DNA from: an uncultured Poribacteria bacterium | GTDB taxonomy: Bacteria; Poribacteria; WGA-4E; WGA-3G | NCBI GenBank assembly: GCA_958296135.2 | Contig: CATQHZ020000001.1 | Location: forward strand, 4,544,001 to 4,608,000 | Direction: 5' to 3' | Length of the DNA: 64,000 nucleotides | Position numbers and translations under genes: made by a program | Shown: positions 16,753 through 26,519 of the stretch, piece after piece | How the letters are laid out: the number at the start of each line of letters is the position of its first letter | How positions within the stretch are numbered: the stretch's first letter is position 1 | The notes under the pieces: generated by a model | What the model saw: the letters and a program-made list of their open reading frames with translations, nothing else | What the model was told of the DNA's origin: nothing | Database searches by the model: none

Positions 16753-17874
16753 CTAGAAATCATCGGGAACGACATCGTGGTTGATAGAACCATCGGTGGC
16801 TGGCCCGGGCGGCAGAGTCGCGGCGAGTTCTGCCATCTTTGCAAACGCCGCGACTCCCTTCTCGTAGCCGCTCGCGATGCGGGCCCGCCGCTCTTCAAGC
16901 GTTTCCGCACTGATGTCAAGGTGCCTCACAAGAGATGCATAACGACTTACGATGCGCACCGCTTGTCCAAGGAGGCCTACAAACACCGCGCGGTGACTCC
17001 GATTATCGTAGCCGAAGTCATTGGCTATCTGCCGATAGTTGCACGCCTTGCGATACGCCGCACAGCGATGACGCAGCCGATGGAGTTCACGCAGAAAATA
17101 GCCGTAGTGGGCAATGGGAACCTGCCGGTAATACAAGATATCCAAGAAACAGGCAAGGGTATCTTTCCCCTCCAGCGTCCGTCGTTGCTCCACCGGCACT
17201 AACTTTTTGAGTTCCGGGATGTTCAGCGCGTCGATGCAGAGCGTGCAAAGACTTGACACCAGCGCGTCAAAATCCCGCAGCTCGTCGGGTGCCGGGAGTG
17301 TCAAATCGGCGATGTAATGCTCCTCGTCCGGGTGCGGCGGCAGCAACAATTGCCAGCCGAGCCGTTCATAACACGTCGCGCGCAGCTCGTAATATGCCTC
17401 CCGAAACCGGTGCTTCGCTTTATCCAAATTGCCATCCCGATAGCGGCCGTCCCAAATGTAGAGCCGATAATACTCCTCGCTCACGCCGTAAGCCCCGTTC
17501 TCGCGGCCGTTCGGCGGAATGTTGTGTGCGCGCCAATGCAGCTGCTCTTCATACGGCACCCTGCTCAGATACCCCAACAAGACTGTCACTTTGTCCTCGT
17601 GGTAACTGTCAATTGGCATATTCCACTGATAATCACAGACGAGCGACATCGGCCAGAGCGTATATGTCTCCGTGTCTTGCCGATATTTGTCTAACACCCG
17701 TTTGTCAAAATCGACGAAAATAGGATTGTTAGAGATGCCAATCGTCGGATAAAACACCTCTTTTAACTCGCAGGTGTGCGTGATTTCGTTCCCGTTTTCG
17801 TCCACGCCGATGATGAAGTCAACGTACCTGTCCGGGGGAGCCGGGGTATCGGTGAATCTGATTGTCGGTTTCAT
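16753..17874 (-). CDS. Hypothetical protein with a degenerate HEPN-like motif and an antitoxin-like C-terminal tail
   Basis: 373-aa ORF with an AGGAGGT RBS. It contains LRHRCAAYRK, ends GPATDGSINHD and lies directly upstream of the PIN gene. Confidence 0.6.
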   Translation of the reverse strand: MKPTIRFTDTPAPPDRYVDFIIGVDENGNEITHTCELKEVFYPTIGISNNPIFVDFDKRVLDKYRQDTETYTLWPMSLVCDYQWNMPIDSYHEDKVTVLLGYLSRVPYEEQLHWRAHNIPPNGRENGAYGVSEEYYRLYIWDGRYRDGNLDKAKHRFREAYYELRATCYERLGWQLLLPPHPDEEHYIADLTLPAPDELRDFDALVSSLCTLCIDALNIPELKKLVPVEQRRTLEGKDTLACFLDILYYRQVPIAHYGYFLRELHRLRHRCAAYRKACNYRQIANDFGYDNRSHRAVFVGLLGQAVRIVSRYASLVRHLDISAETLEERRARIASGYEKGVAAFAKMAELAATLPPGPATDGSINHDVVPDDF

Positions 17875-17942
17875 CTTTATATCACCTCCTTACAATTATG
17901 ATAACAGACCGGGGGCAGGTTTGGCAATCGAAAAACAACCCG

Positions 17943-18653
17943 CTACATCAACGGCGTGCGGATAACGGCTTCAAGCGTGTGTGCGCGGGGCGGCTGCGTT
18001 ACCAAAAACAGAATCAGTTCTGCTACATCCTCCGGCAGCGTCAGATGTTCAATCACATCATCAGGATGGTTCTCGCGGCGCATCCGGGTATCCACAGGAC
18101 CGGGACAGACGACAGAGGCTTTCACGCCGTGCGGCCGCCCCTCGTTATTTGTCGTCTCCGTGAAACCGACGACAGCGAATTTAGAGGCGCAATACGCACC
18201 ACCGTTGACATGCCCAGACTTGCCGGAAACAGAGGAGACGTTGACGATATGCCCAGCCTGCTGCCCGCACATCAGCCCGAAGACAGCTTGGGTGCAGAGG
18301 AAAACACCCTTGAGGTTCACCGCCATCGTCACATCCCAATCTTCTTCCCGAATTTGCGGAATCGGGTTGTGAATCGCCACGCCAGCATTGTTGACGAGGA
18401 TGTCCACCTTGCTGAAGGTATCAAGCGTCTGTGCTACCATCGCATCAACGGCCGTTTTATACTGGACATCCGTTGGAATCGCGAGGGCGCGCCTGCCGAG
18501 GGCCCGCACCTCTTCCGCAACAGCGGCTATTTCGGTACCCGTCCGAGCGGCGAGGACGATGTCGGCACCCGCTGCCGCAAAGGCTAACGCGGTGGAGCGG
18601 CCGATGCCGCGCCCGCCGCCGGTAATCATCGCAACACGGTTTTCAAGTTTCAT
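17943..18653 (-). CDS. Short-chain dehydrogenase/reductase
   Basis: Motifs TGGGRGIG, NNAG and YCASK. Confidence 0.92.
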   Translation of the reverse strand: MKLENRVAMITGGGRGIGRSTALAFAAAGADIVLAARTGTEIAAVAEEVRALGRRALAIPTDVQYKTAVDAMVAQTLDTFSKVDILVNNAGVAIHNPIPQIREEDWDVTMAVNLKGVFLCTQAVFGLMCGQQAGHIVNVSSVSGKSGHVNGGAYCASKFAVVGFTETTNNEGRPHGVKASVVCPGPVDTRMRRENHPDDVIEHLTLPEDVAELILFLVTQPPRAHTLEAVIRTPLM

Positions 18654-18757
18654 GAGTGTCTCCTATATTCATCGAGCGGTAGGAGGGACATCCCTGTCCC
18701 GATAGACACCCCATCGAGACTAAGAGGGCTCGCCTACTGCAAGCGCGCCTACAGACT

Positions 18758-19843
18758 CTATGCAATTTGATACGCTGAAAGCTTCGCTTTATCAAACAAA
18801 ATACCGTGCCCCGGCCGGTTCGGCGGCGAGAAATGGCCGTCCTTCAGCGTCAACGTCTCTTCCAGCACCAGATCTAGCGATGGAATATATTCCACGAAAA
18901 GCGAATGCGGCACCGCAGCAGAAAGATGCACGTGCAAATCCATCAAGAAATGCGGCGATACCGAGAGCCCGAAACATTCCGCTGTGTGCGCAACCTTCAT
19001 CCATTCGGAGATACCGCCAACGCGCACCGCATCCGGCTGCAGGATATCCGCAGCACCCTGAGCAATATATTCCTGAAAGACAAATTTATTGTAGAGCGTC
19101 TCCCCAACAGCAATCGGGATAGTCGTCTTCTCGCGCAGGACAACGTGGCTATCTACATCGTCCGCCTCAATAGGCTCTTCAAACCAGAAGAGCCCCGCGT
19201 CTTCCACACGGCAAGCCAATTGAATCGCCTCGCGGGCGTTCCACTTCATATTCGCATCTATCATTAGGTAAGGTGCCTCGCCGATGGCCTGCCGGACCGC
19301 GTGCACGCGCGCCACGTCTTCGTGGAGGCTGTCACGCCCTACCTTCATTTTTATCCCTTTGAAGCCCGCTTCTACAAACGTTACCGATTGCCGGACGAGC
19401 GCCTCTTCGGAAAGGTGGAGCCACCCGCCATCGGTGTTGTAAACCGGCACCGATGCCCTCGCACCACCGAGGAGCTGGTAGAGCGGCAATTCGGCACGCT
19501 TCGCCATCAGATCCCACAACGCTATGTCCACTGCCGCCATCCCCAAACCCACGATGCCGCCCCTACCAACCCAATGCGTCTCCATCCACATCCTCTGCCA
19601 GATCCTGTCAATGTTCGCCGCATCCTCTTCCAAGAGAATCGGCGTGAGATAGGCATCCATAATCTGCTTAATCGCTGCCCCACCCTTGCCGATAGTATAG
19701 GAAAATCCGGTGCCTACCACACCATCAACATCTTCAATCTCAATGAACGGAAACTCCATAGAGACGAACGCTTGGATGGCATCAACGCGTTCAACTTGCG
19801 GCGGAATGTCGTAAAGCGCGGTGCGGACTGCTCTGATTTTCAT
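18758..19843 (-). CDS. Mandelate racemase/muconate lactonizing enzyme family protein
   Basis: Motifs AVDIALWDL, KMKVG, DAN, WFEEP, GE and PGHGI. Start taken at MKIRAV. Confidence 0.88.
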   Translation of the reverse strand: MKIRAVRTALYDIPPQVERVDAIQAFVSMEFPFIEIEDVDGVVGTGFSYTIGKGGAAIKQIMDAYLTPILLEEDAANIDRIWQRMWMETHWVGRGGIVGLGMAAVDIALWDLMAKRAELPLYQLLGGARASVPVYNTDGGWLHLSEEALVRQSVTFVEAGFKGIKMKVGRDSLHEDVARVHAVRQAIGEAPYLMIDANMKWNAREAIQLACRVEDAGLFWFEEPIEADDVDSHVVLREKTTIPIAVGETLYNKFVFQEYIAQGAADILQPDAVRVGGISEWMKVAHTAECFGLSVSPHFLMDLHVHLSAAVPHSLFVEYIPSLDLVLEETLTLKDGHFSPPNRPGHGILFDKAKLSAYQIA

Positions 19844-19883
19844 GCGTCCTCTCCCACAGTAAGCGCAGTTTGAATCCGCGCCG

Positions 19884-20756
19884 TTATGCACCCAAATTGC
19901 CGGTCATCTTCAACAATCTCTCGATACAAATCCGAGAGGCTTCCTCTCCCGCTTCCGAGAAGGCTTGCCCCGCCGGCCGGTTGAGAATAGCATCATCGAT
20001 TTTGAGCGACGGCCGCCAGTGCGTTTCCAAGCAGAGATGCCCCTCATAACCATCATTGACGAACGCTTGGAGCTGCCCCTGCCAATCAATAATCCCATCG
20101 CCGACAGGCACAGACTCCATCTCGCCGGTATCAGGGTTTGCACCCGCATCCTTGAGATGCGCATGGATCATCGTCGGTTTGAGACGATTGTAGGCATCCG
20201 GATAGGGAGTTTCACCGGCCCTCGCATGCGCCTCATTCGCAGGATCCCAGATGGCGCGCACGCTCGGCGAGTCGATCTCCTCAATAAACCGCGCCGTCAG
20301 CTTAGCCGTGCTGAGAGAAGTCGTCGACTCATTCTCCATGCCGAGAATAATGCCTTCGCCATCGGCTATCCGCCGCGGTTCATCGTAAGCGGCGATGAGC
20401 TCATCCCAACGCACCTCCGTCTCCCCGGTATCCCAAAAAACAAACGTGCGGATGAGGGAGGTATCAAACGCTTTCGCCGCACGGACGCAGCCCTTCAAAA
20501 TGTCCAAATGCTCCTTCCGCTCCGCCGCATCGTCCATATCGCATTTGAAAAACGGCGAGGCAATACCGATAATCTCAATACCGGTGCCATCAAGTAAGCC
20601 CCGCATCCGGCCGATGTCTGCATCAGTGAGCTCGTGGGGCAGTTTATCCCACACCGAACGGATTTCGATGGAATCAAGGTTAAATTCTTTCACAAAATTG
20701 ACTACGGTGGCGAAGTCTTGCGAGACTTCGTCACCAATCACGCCGAGTTTAAACAT
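19884..20756 (-). CDS. Sugar phosphate isomerase/epimerase (AP-endonuclease-2 TIM barrel)
   Basis: Motifs GVIGDEVSQD, MENE, WDPAN, HLKD and LETH; GGAG RBS. Confidence 0.85.
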   Translation of the reverse strand: MFKLGVIGDEVSQDFATVVNFVKEFNLDSIEIRSVWDKLPHELTDADIGRMRGLLDGTGIEIIGIASPFFKCDMDDAAERKEHLDILKGCVRAAKAFDTSLIRTFVFWDTGETEVRWDELIAAYDEPRRIADGEGIILGMENESTTSLSTAKLTARFIEEIDSPSVRAIWDPANEAHARAGETPYPDAYNRLKPTMIHAHLKDAGANPDTGEMESVPVGDGIIDWQGQLQAFVNDGYEGHLCLETHWRPSLKIDDAILNRPAGQAFSEAGEEASRICIERLLKMTGNLGA

Positions 20757-20849
20757 AGTTGTGCTGGCTCCTATAAACATTGCTAAGGTTAATGATATGA
20801 GATAATAGCATGGAATAGGATTAATTGCAAGTTTTTTCTAGCCACCGTC

Positions 20850-21650
20850 CCCTCTCCCCGCCACGCGAAAGAGGCCCCTTTTCACCGTCGCGCGAGGGAA
20901 AACCCGGCGAGCGCGAAAGAGGCCCCTTTCACCGTAGCGCGAGGGCCGTCACGCCGAAACTTTGTCATCTCTGCCGCCTCGCTGCAGAGATGTCCACTGT
21001 CCCTCGCGATCCTCCGACCCACAAAAAACGCCCCTCTCACCGCAGCGCGAGGGAAAACCTATCCCCCGCGAAGCCCCTTGATAGACCGCAGCATGGCGCA
21101 GCACAGGACCGCGCCCTACGGACTAAGGCGCATTTTAACTGACGGGCCCTTTTCACCGTAGCGCGAGGGCCTGTCCCTCGCGATCGTCCGAACCACACGA
21201 ACCCGCCCCCTCGCACCGTAGCGCGAGGGCCCGGCGAGCGCGAATCGCCGAGGGTTCCCCTCGCGATCTACCGACCTACACAAAAAACAACAGAAGCCCC
21301 AGGACTTCGGGCCTCTTCTCTGCAGATCGATGCATGGCGAGGGACAGGCCCTCGCCCTACGGTAGAAGGGGCCCTTTTTACCATCGCATGGCGCAGCACA
21401 GGACCGCGCCCTACGGACTAAGGGCCCTTTCACCGAAGGCCCCTTTTCACCGTAGCGCGAGGGCCTGTCCCTCGCGATCGTTCGACCACACCAAAAACGC
21501 CCGAAACCCCGGGACTGCGGCCATCTTCTCTGCAGATCGATGCATGGCGCGGCACAGGACCGCGCCCTACGGACTAAGGCGCCCTTTTTACCATCGCACG
21601 GCGCGGCACAGCACCACGCCGTACGGACTAAGGCACCTTTTTACCATCGC
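20850..21650. repeat. REP/REPIN-like array 1
   Basis: Alternating ACCGTAGCGCGAGGGCCTGTCCCTCGCGA and inverted GCATGGCGC(A/G)GCACAGGACCGCGCCCTACGG units joined by GGCCC(C)TTTT linkers. Confidence 0.9.
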
Positions 21651-21655
21651 GCACG

Positions 21656-21694
21656 AAAAAAACAGCCGCAGCCCCAAGGGGCCACGGCCGTTTT
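21656..21694 (-). terminator. Intrinsic terminator after the 1350-aa gene
   Basis: Minus strand reads CGGCCGTGGCCCC-TT-GGGGCTGCGGCTG followed by a T7 run. Confidence 0.65.
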
Positions 21695-21726
21695 CTACAT
21701 CGCGAGGGACAACCCCCGCCCTACAT

Positions 21727-24700
21727 CTATTTCACCTGCTTTTTCACAGCACCGAACGTCGTCAGCATCCGATTCGCCGCAGAGACAGGCCCCCGCAACA
21801 TCCGCATCGCCAACGTCACCGGCCGGCCATCAAACGCGACTTCCTCGATCTGATAGTAGTACTCAACACCCGGCTTCGCAGACGTATCCGTAAACGTATA
21901 TGTCTGACGCTCGCCCGTTGTGCCAGCACCCGCAATCAGCGCAGGATTCAGCAGCGTGAAACCGCTGTCGCGTTTCTCGCTGCGGCGCAGGTTAAAACCA
22001 GCATTGTCGACTTCAGACTCCGTCGTCCAGGTTAAGACAACCGCGCCGGCTTCATTGTGCATCACCGAGAAACTTGACAACTCCACCGGCAAGGCACCGC
22101 CTTTCCGATACCCCGGCGTGCCGATGTCCTCAGCATGCCCATAATGGAGGGCTGACACGGCGAGTCGCTTGACGTTCGATGCCAGAGCCCAACTCGCACG
22201 CTGCTTCCCTTTCAGTGCAACGCCTTTGTCGTAACGCCGAATCAGCGAACTCCGAACACCTGCCTCGGCACTCACCGGTAACGCCCACGCCGGTGCATCT
22301 TTCGTCCGACGATTGCCATCAGTGTTGCCAACCTCGTCTACGAGGTTACCGTTGCTATCGGTAAGTTTCAGGTAGAACCCTTCCGCGCTCAGGAACGTAT
22401 CCCGCGCAGTCTTAATGCGCAGGTTCCGCTGATGCAAATCCAACAGGTTGTAAACCCGTTCAGCAGGAAACGCCGTGCTTGATGACGCACGCGCCGGCCC
22501 CGCAACAATCAGCAGCGTCTGATTCGGTTGAATCACCTTCGCCTGCAACGTCAACGCCACAATCGGCCGCCCTACCAAATCTTCCGAATCCACATTCTGG
22601 AACTCCAGTTCCCACCGGTTCAGGTTGAGTGCCTCGGTTTTGGATTTATTATACAACTCTATCCACTGCGGCAGTGTTCCACCACCCGAATCAAACATCA
22701 CTTCGCTGATGGTGATACTGCCTTTTGGTGTGGCAGCCCCCGTTTTGAGGGCACCATTCGGATACCCCGGTGTGCCACCCGTCGCCGCAGACTTCGAGAC
22801 AGTCCTGTCATAGCCGATACCGGTGAAGGCGGCTTCCGCCCAGGCATCTTTGTGGTAACCCACAATATCTGCCTTGGCACGCTGCCAGACCTTACCGGAG
22901 CTGAGGGCCCCTTCGGTATCACCACCGGGAGCTTCACGCACTTGCAACGGCCAGACGTATGTATCATAGTCCCCTGTCTGCTCGCGAACGAACGCATCCG
23001 TGTCACTGCCACCGCCACCGGCGACATCGACAAATGCCTCGTTCATACCGAGTTTCTCCTTCGCGTTGCGCAGAATCAACAGGAACTTCCCATCATCCGG
23101 CAAGGATAGCTTCTCATCCACTAAAAACGCATGCGACAACCCTTTCTGCTCGCCACCGGCGAGAGACGTTTTGTCCGGCGAGGTACTCACCAGCAGCAAC
23201 AGCCCATTCGCCGGCACGCTCACATCCGGGAAAATAATCAGCGACGTATCTTCCTTCTTGTCATCTTGCACGACACTGAGCTCCCAGTCTTTCAAGGAGA
23301 CAGCCGAACCCGTGACATTCCGCAATTCCAGCCAGTCATTTGCAGCACCGCTGCCATTGCCGAACTCGTTGAAAACAACCGGACTGCGAGGCACCTCGGA
23401 GGCAGGAGCCTTCGGCGAAGCCTCCTCGGGGAAAAACGGCACAACCGGTATCACCGGTGTCTCCCGGACGAGCGGCGGAATCTCACGTCCAGACGTATCT
23501 CGCAACGGCACCGGATCTGCAGGCGGCACCGAGGCCGGCGCAGCACCAGACGCAACAGCAGGAGCCGCTGTCCCAGACTGCTGCCCAGTCGGCGCACCTC
23601 GCGGCCCAGACAGCAATATCGTCCCTGCCGGCACCTGTGTCTTGACAGAGGGGACAGCCACCGTCTCTACCACCGGATCCGTGGCGGCCACCGTATACGC
23701 GAAGGTGACTTTCGTCGAATTCGTGTCTTCCGCCGCCATCCAAACAGCATGCCGCGCATTGGCTAACACCTCTTCACCCAGATACAACACCACATACGGC
23801 GGGTTCGCCCCTTCATACCGCAGATGCTCCTGGGTATACGTCACCACCACTTCAATCTTATCTCCGAGGGTATGGGCACCCGCGGGGGGCGCAACAATCT
23901 CCGGCGGTTCAACCACGCGCAACGGGGCAACCGGCACCGTTTGGACTACCGGCGGAACATCCGGGTCTAACGCCGGCACCGAGGCCGGCGCAGTGCCAGA
24001 ACCCACCGCAGGCGCATCTGTCCCAGACTGCTGCCCATCAGCCGCACCTACCCCAAACAGCAATATTGTCCCTGCCGGCACCAGTATCTTGAAAGAGGGC
24101 ACAGACACCGACTCTGCCACCGGATCCGTGGCGGCCACCGTATACGCGAAGGTCACCCGGGTCGAAGCCGCGTCTGCCGCCGCTGTCCAGACAGCATGCC
24201 GCGCATTTGCCGGCACCTGTTCGCCCAAATACAACACCACATACGGCGGGTTCGCCCCTTCATACCGCAGATGCTCCCAGACATACGTCCCCGCCACTTC
24301 AATATTATCTCCGACGGTATAGACACCGGCGGCGGGCGCAACAATCTCCGGCGTACCCACCACGCTATCCACCGGCACCGTTAACGTATTCGATACCTTA
24401 CTAAGGTTGCCCGCGATGTCCATTGTGGCACCGGCGGGAACCTGAATCGTCACATCGCCCTGAAACTCGCGGGCGGGCGTTATCCGCGCTTTGTAAACCA
24501 AGAACGATGCCGAATTCTTCGCCTCCCCAGGCTCATGCCCACCGGGATAAGAAGGATGATCAAGGGGCAGATAAGAAGGATGATCAGTCTCCCAATTAGG
24601 AACAGCGTACTTCTGTGCTGCACGATGGTCGAGCCCAATGTAAACCGGGGCATCAACCGTCCAATCCAGCGAATTCCCAGCTGCATCGGTGATGACGATG

Positions 24701-25779
24701 TCCTCCGCGCCAAACGTCGTCCCGATTTCCTCGGCGATGGCAGTCCTACTCGTCGCGGAGGGATGGTTCGTAAAGCGGAATTCAACTTCAAACGCGCCGC
24801 CCTGCGACACCGATTCCGTAACCCCTGCCGTAAAAACTGTCCTAGGGGGATCGGATACACTAGAATCCAGGTTGACTATCGCGTTGCGCCGATCCTCGGT
24901 GTGCGTCCCCCCGTTCTTTATCAAGCCAGCAATCCACACCGTCGGCTTGATGGCATCCACAAGGTACTTGGCGTACGCCTCGGCGGCTGCCCTAGCAGCA
25001 GCAGCATCATAGGTGGCTCTCCCAGTGCCGTACCTAGAATCCCCATCCTGCCATTCGGGGAGCGTAGGCTTGTTGGCCAGAAACCTCCGAAGATGCGTTT
25101 CAAAAGGGTTACGAATGGGAAAATAATTCAAGTTCGGAGCCGGAGGAACGTGGGTAAAACCAACACGATCCCAATTGTTGTCATCCAGGTCTTTTACGTG
25201 CTTCGCGCCTGATGACTTAATCGAGATATTCCAATTAGCGTCACGGGTATTATGCCACATATTTTGGTTATCAATAGTGATGTGACCGAACTCCCGATCT
25301 CCCGCTTGCACGGTGTATCGGAAAGTGAGCGTCTCGTCTTCGTCAGTTCTATCCGCATCGGTGAGTACAAGCTCCGGTTGCACGGAGCCGAACCAACCTT
25401 GCAGCCGCAGCGTCACACCCTCATCGGCTTTGACAGGTTCATTAAACGTCACCTGAATTTGAACCTCGTCGCCTAAGCCGTGAAAGCCGACTTCCAGGGC
25501 ATTGTCCAAATTCACCTCGTCCGGAAGGGCCCAGCCATGCGTGTGCACCAATTCGCATGCGCCCGTGTAAGTGTCACCGAAGATGAAGTGATGTTCGAAA
25601 CACTCTTGGCGCACCTTGTGATAGCGGGACTTGCCGGTACGGGGTCCCGCCAGCAACTTCACCGGGAAATCTGCAGGAGCTGCCAGCTCCGGTCCTTGCG
25701 CGTCTGTCGGTGTTCCGAGCATCAAAACTATCCCGACGACGAACAGCAAACCTAAGAAAAAAACGGAATATCTTTTCAT
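21727..25779 (-). CDS. Large secreted protein with Ig-like repeats, two lamin-tail-like domains and a PVELSSF C-terminal domain
   Basis: Signal peptide; VVFNE...DWLELRN and ITISEVMF...QWIELYN with GTPG ends; LPVELSSF...WTTESEVDNAGFNL; GAGGAG RBS. Confidence 0.85.
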   Translation of the reverse strand: MKRYSVFFLGLLFVVGIVLMLGTPTDAQGPELAAPADFPVKLLAGPRTGKSRYHKVRQECFEHHFIFGDTYTGACELVHTHGWALPDEVNLDNALEVGFHGLGDEVQIQVTFNEPVKADEGVTLRLQGWFGSVQPELVLTDADRTDEDETLTFRYTVQAGDREFGHITIDNQNMWHNTRDANWNISIKSSGAKHVKDLDDNNWDRVGFTHVPPAPNLNYFPIRNPFETHLRRFLANKPTLPEWQDGDSRYGTGRATYDAAAARAAAEAYAKYLVDAIKPTVWIAGLIKNGGTHTEDRRNAIVNLDSSVSDPPRTVFTAGVTESVSQGGAFEVEFRFTNHPSATSRTAIAEEIGTTFGAEDIVITDAAGNSLDWTVDAPVYIGLDHRAAQKYAVPNWETDHPSYLPLDHPSYPGGHEPGEAKNSASFLVYKARITPAREFQGDVTIQVPAGATMDIAGNLSKVSNTLTVPVDSVVGTPEIVAPAAGVYTVGDNIEVAGTYVWEHLRYEGANPPYVVLYLGEQVPANARHAVWTAAADAASTRVTFAYTVAATDPVAESVSVPSFKILVPAGTILLFGVGAADGQQSGTDAPAVGSGTAPASVPALDPDVPPVVQTVPVAPLRVVEPPEIVAPPAGAHTLGDKIEVVVTYTQEHLRYEGANPPYVVLYLGEEVLANARHAVWMAAEDTNSTKVTFAYTVAATDPVVETVAVPSVKTQVPAGTILLSGPRGAPTGQQSGTAAPAVASGAAPASVPPADPVPLRDTSGREIPPLVRETPVIPVVPFFPEEASPKAPASEVPRSPVVFNEFGNGSGAANDWLELRNVTGSAVSLKDWELSVVQDDKKEDTSLIIFPDVSVPANGLLLLVSTSPDKTSLAGGEQKGLSHAFLVDEKLSLPDDGKFLLILRNAKEKLGMNEAFVDVAGGGGSDTDAFVREQTGDYDTYVWPLQVREAPGGDTEGALSSGKVWQRAKADIVGYHKDAWAEAAFTGIGYDRTVSKSAATGGTPGYPNGALKTGAATPKGSITISEVMFDSGGGTLPQWIELYNKSKTEALNLNRWELEFQNVDSEDLVGRPIVALTLQAKVIQPNQTLLIVAGPARASSSTAFPAERVYNLLDLHQRNLRIKTARDTFLSAEGFYLKLTDSNGNLVDEVGNTDGNRRTKDAPAWALPVSAEAGVRSSLIRRYDKGVALKGKQRASWALASNVKRLAVSALHYGHAEDIGTPGYRKGGALPVELSSFSVMHNEAGAVVLTWTTESEVDNAGFNLRRSEKRDSGFTLLNPALIAGAGTTGERQTYTFTDTSAKPGVEYYYQIEEVAFDGRPVTLAMRMLRGPVSAANRMLTTFGAVKKQVK
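23512..24352 (-). repeat. Intragenic tandem domain duplication (447-bp offset)
   Basis: PEIVAP...HLRYEGANPPYVVLYLGE...VTFAYTVAATDPV...GQQSGT occurs twice. Confidence 0.9.
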
Positions 25780-25914
25780 TGAAAACTCCTCTTAGAAAAA
25801 TGAAATAAAATAAATAAAGGGTTTCAGCCGCCCCGATTGCGGCGGCAATGTTGTGAAAAGTTCACAAACGAAATCGGGAGAGCCGCCTCCGTCGCCGCCG
25901 GCGGTGCTGAGGGC

Positions 25915-25951
25915 AGAACAAGAGCACCGTGGTACCCACCCCACGGTGCTC
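25915..25951 (-). terminator. Terminator-like hairpin inside the long leader
   Basis: Perfect 11-bp stem GAGCACCGTGG/CCACGGTGCTC followed by TTGTTCT on the minus strand. The U-tract is imperfect. Confidence 0.45.
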
Positions 25952-26214
25952 CCGTCCTGGCTCTGCATTCCAACGTGGGAGAGAGAATTTCCCAGGACAA
26001 CGCTTGTGAGCCCTGAAAAGCCAACGGTGAGTCAGGGTCGGTAGCGTGCAACGCGAAGAGCCCCTTGGAGGGGTTCCCAGGATGGGACTCCAAGCGGCAT
26101 TGTGAGTCGCGCGCGCGAACCGGGTAGCGCGCGGCAAACGCGCGCTGGGGATCGTGTTGGCATTCAGAGCGGGGATATCCCCCCGGAGCCCCTTCCTGCC
26201 GAGAGCGGCAAAGG

Positions 26215-26373
26215 TTAACGGGTGTAAAGTAATGGGGGGGGGGTGATTCGGGCGAGGGCATCATCAACAGGACGCGCAAACGTGGATACGGCGCGCAGCC
26301 GCGGTGGCTGCAGCGTAGCTTTCACGGATGTCTGCAGGCGAATCGAAGGATCCATGCGAAATCGAGTGTTCAC
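26215..26373 (-). CDS. Putative 52-aa leader ORF containing a C10 tract
   Basis: AAGGAG RBS and GTG start; MNTRFRMDPSIRLQ...ARITPPPLLYTR*. G10 lies at 26234-26243 on the + strand. Confidence 0.5.
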   Translation of the reverse strand: MNTRFRMDPSIRLQTSVKATLQPPRLRAVSTFARPVDDALARITPPPLLYTR

Positions 26374-26429
26374 GTTTGTGCTCCTTTTTCGTAGCGTTAA
26401 ATTCTATGCCCAATCAAATCGATATATAT

Positions 26430-26458
26430 AGTATACCACATTTTTGTGCGTTTGTCAA
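26430..26458 (-). promoter_or_regulatory. sigma70-type promoter driving the leader and the 1350-aa gene
   Basis: TTGACA-17 nt-TATACT with a TGn extended -10. Confidence 0.75.
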
Positions 26459-26519
26459 ATTAAAAATGTGATTTTTTTAGATGCTATCATTTTTTCACAT
26501 TTTTGTCAAGAATTTTCTA

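Noticed and set aside
20948-20997. Hammerhead ribozyme in the REP insert (GAAAC...GTC followed by a stem)
   Set aside because: The CUGANGA core is absent on both strands, including in the longer copy at 13012-13108.
25824-26279. Stand-alone 151-aa protein gene
   Set aside because: It has no RBS at its TTG start and no protein-like motifs. It is considered only as the alternative frame of the leader ORF.
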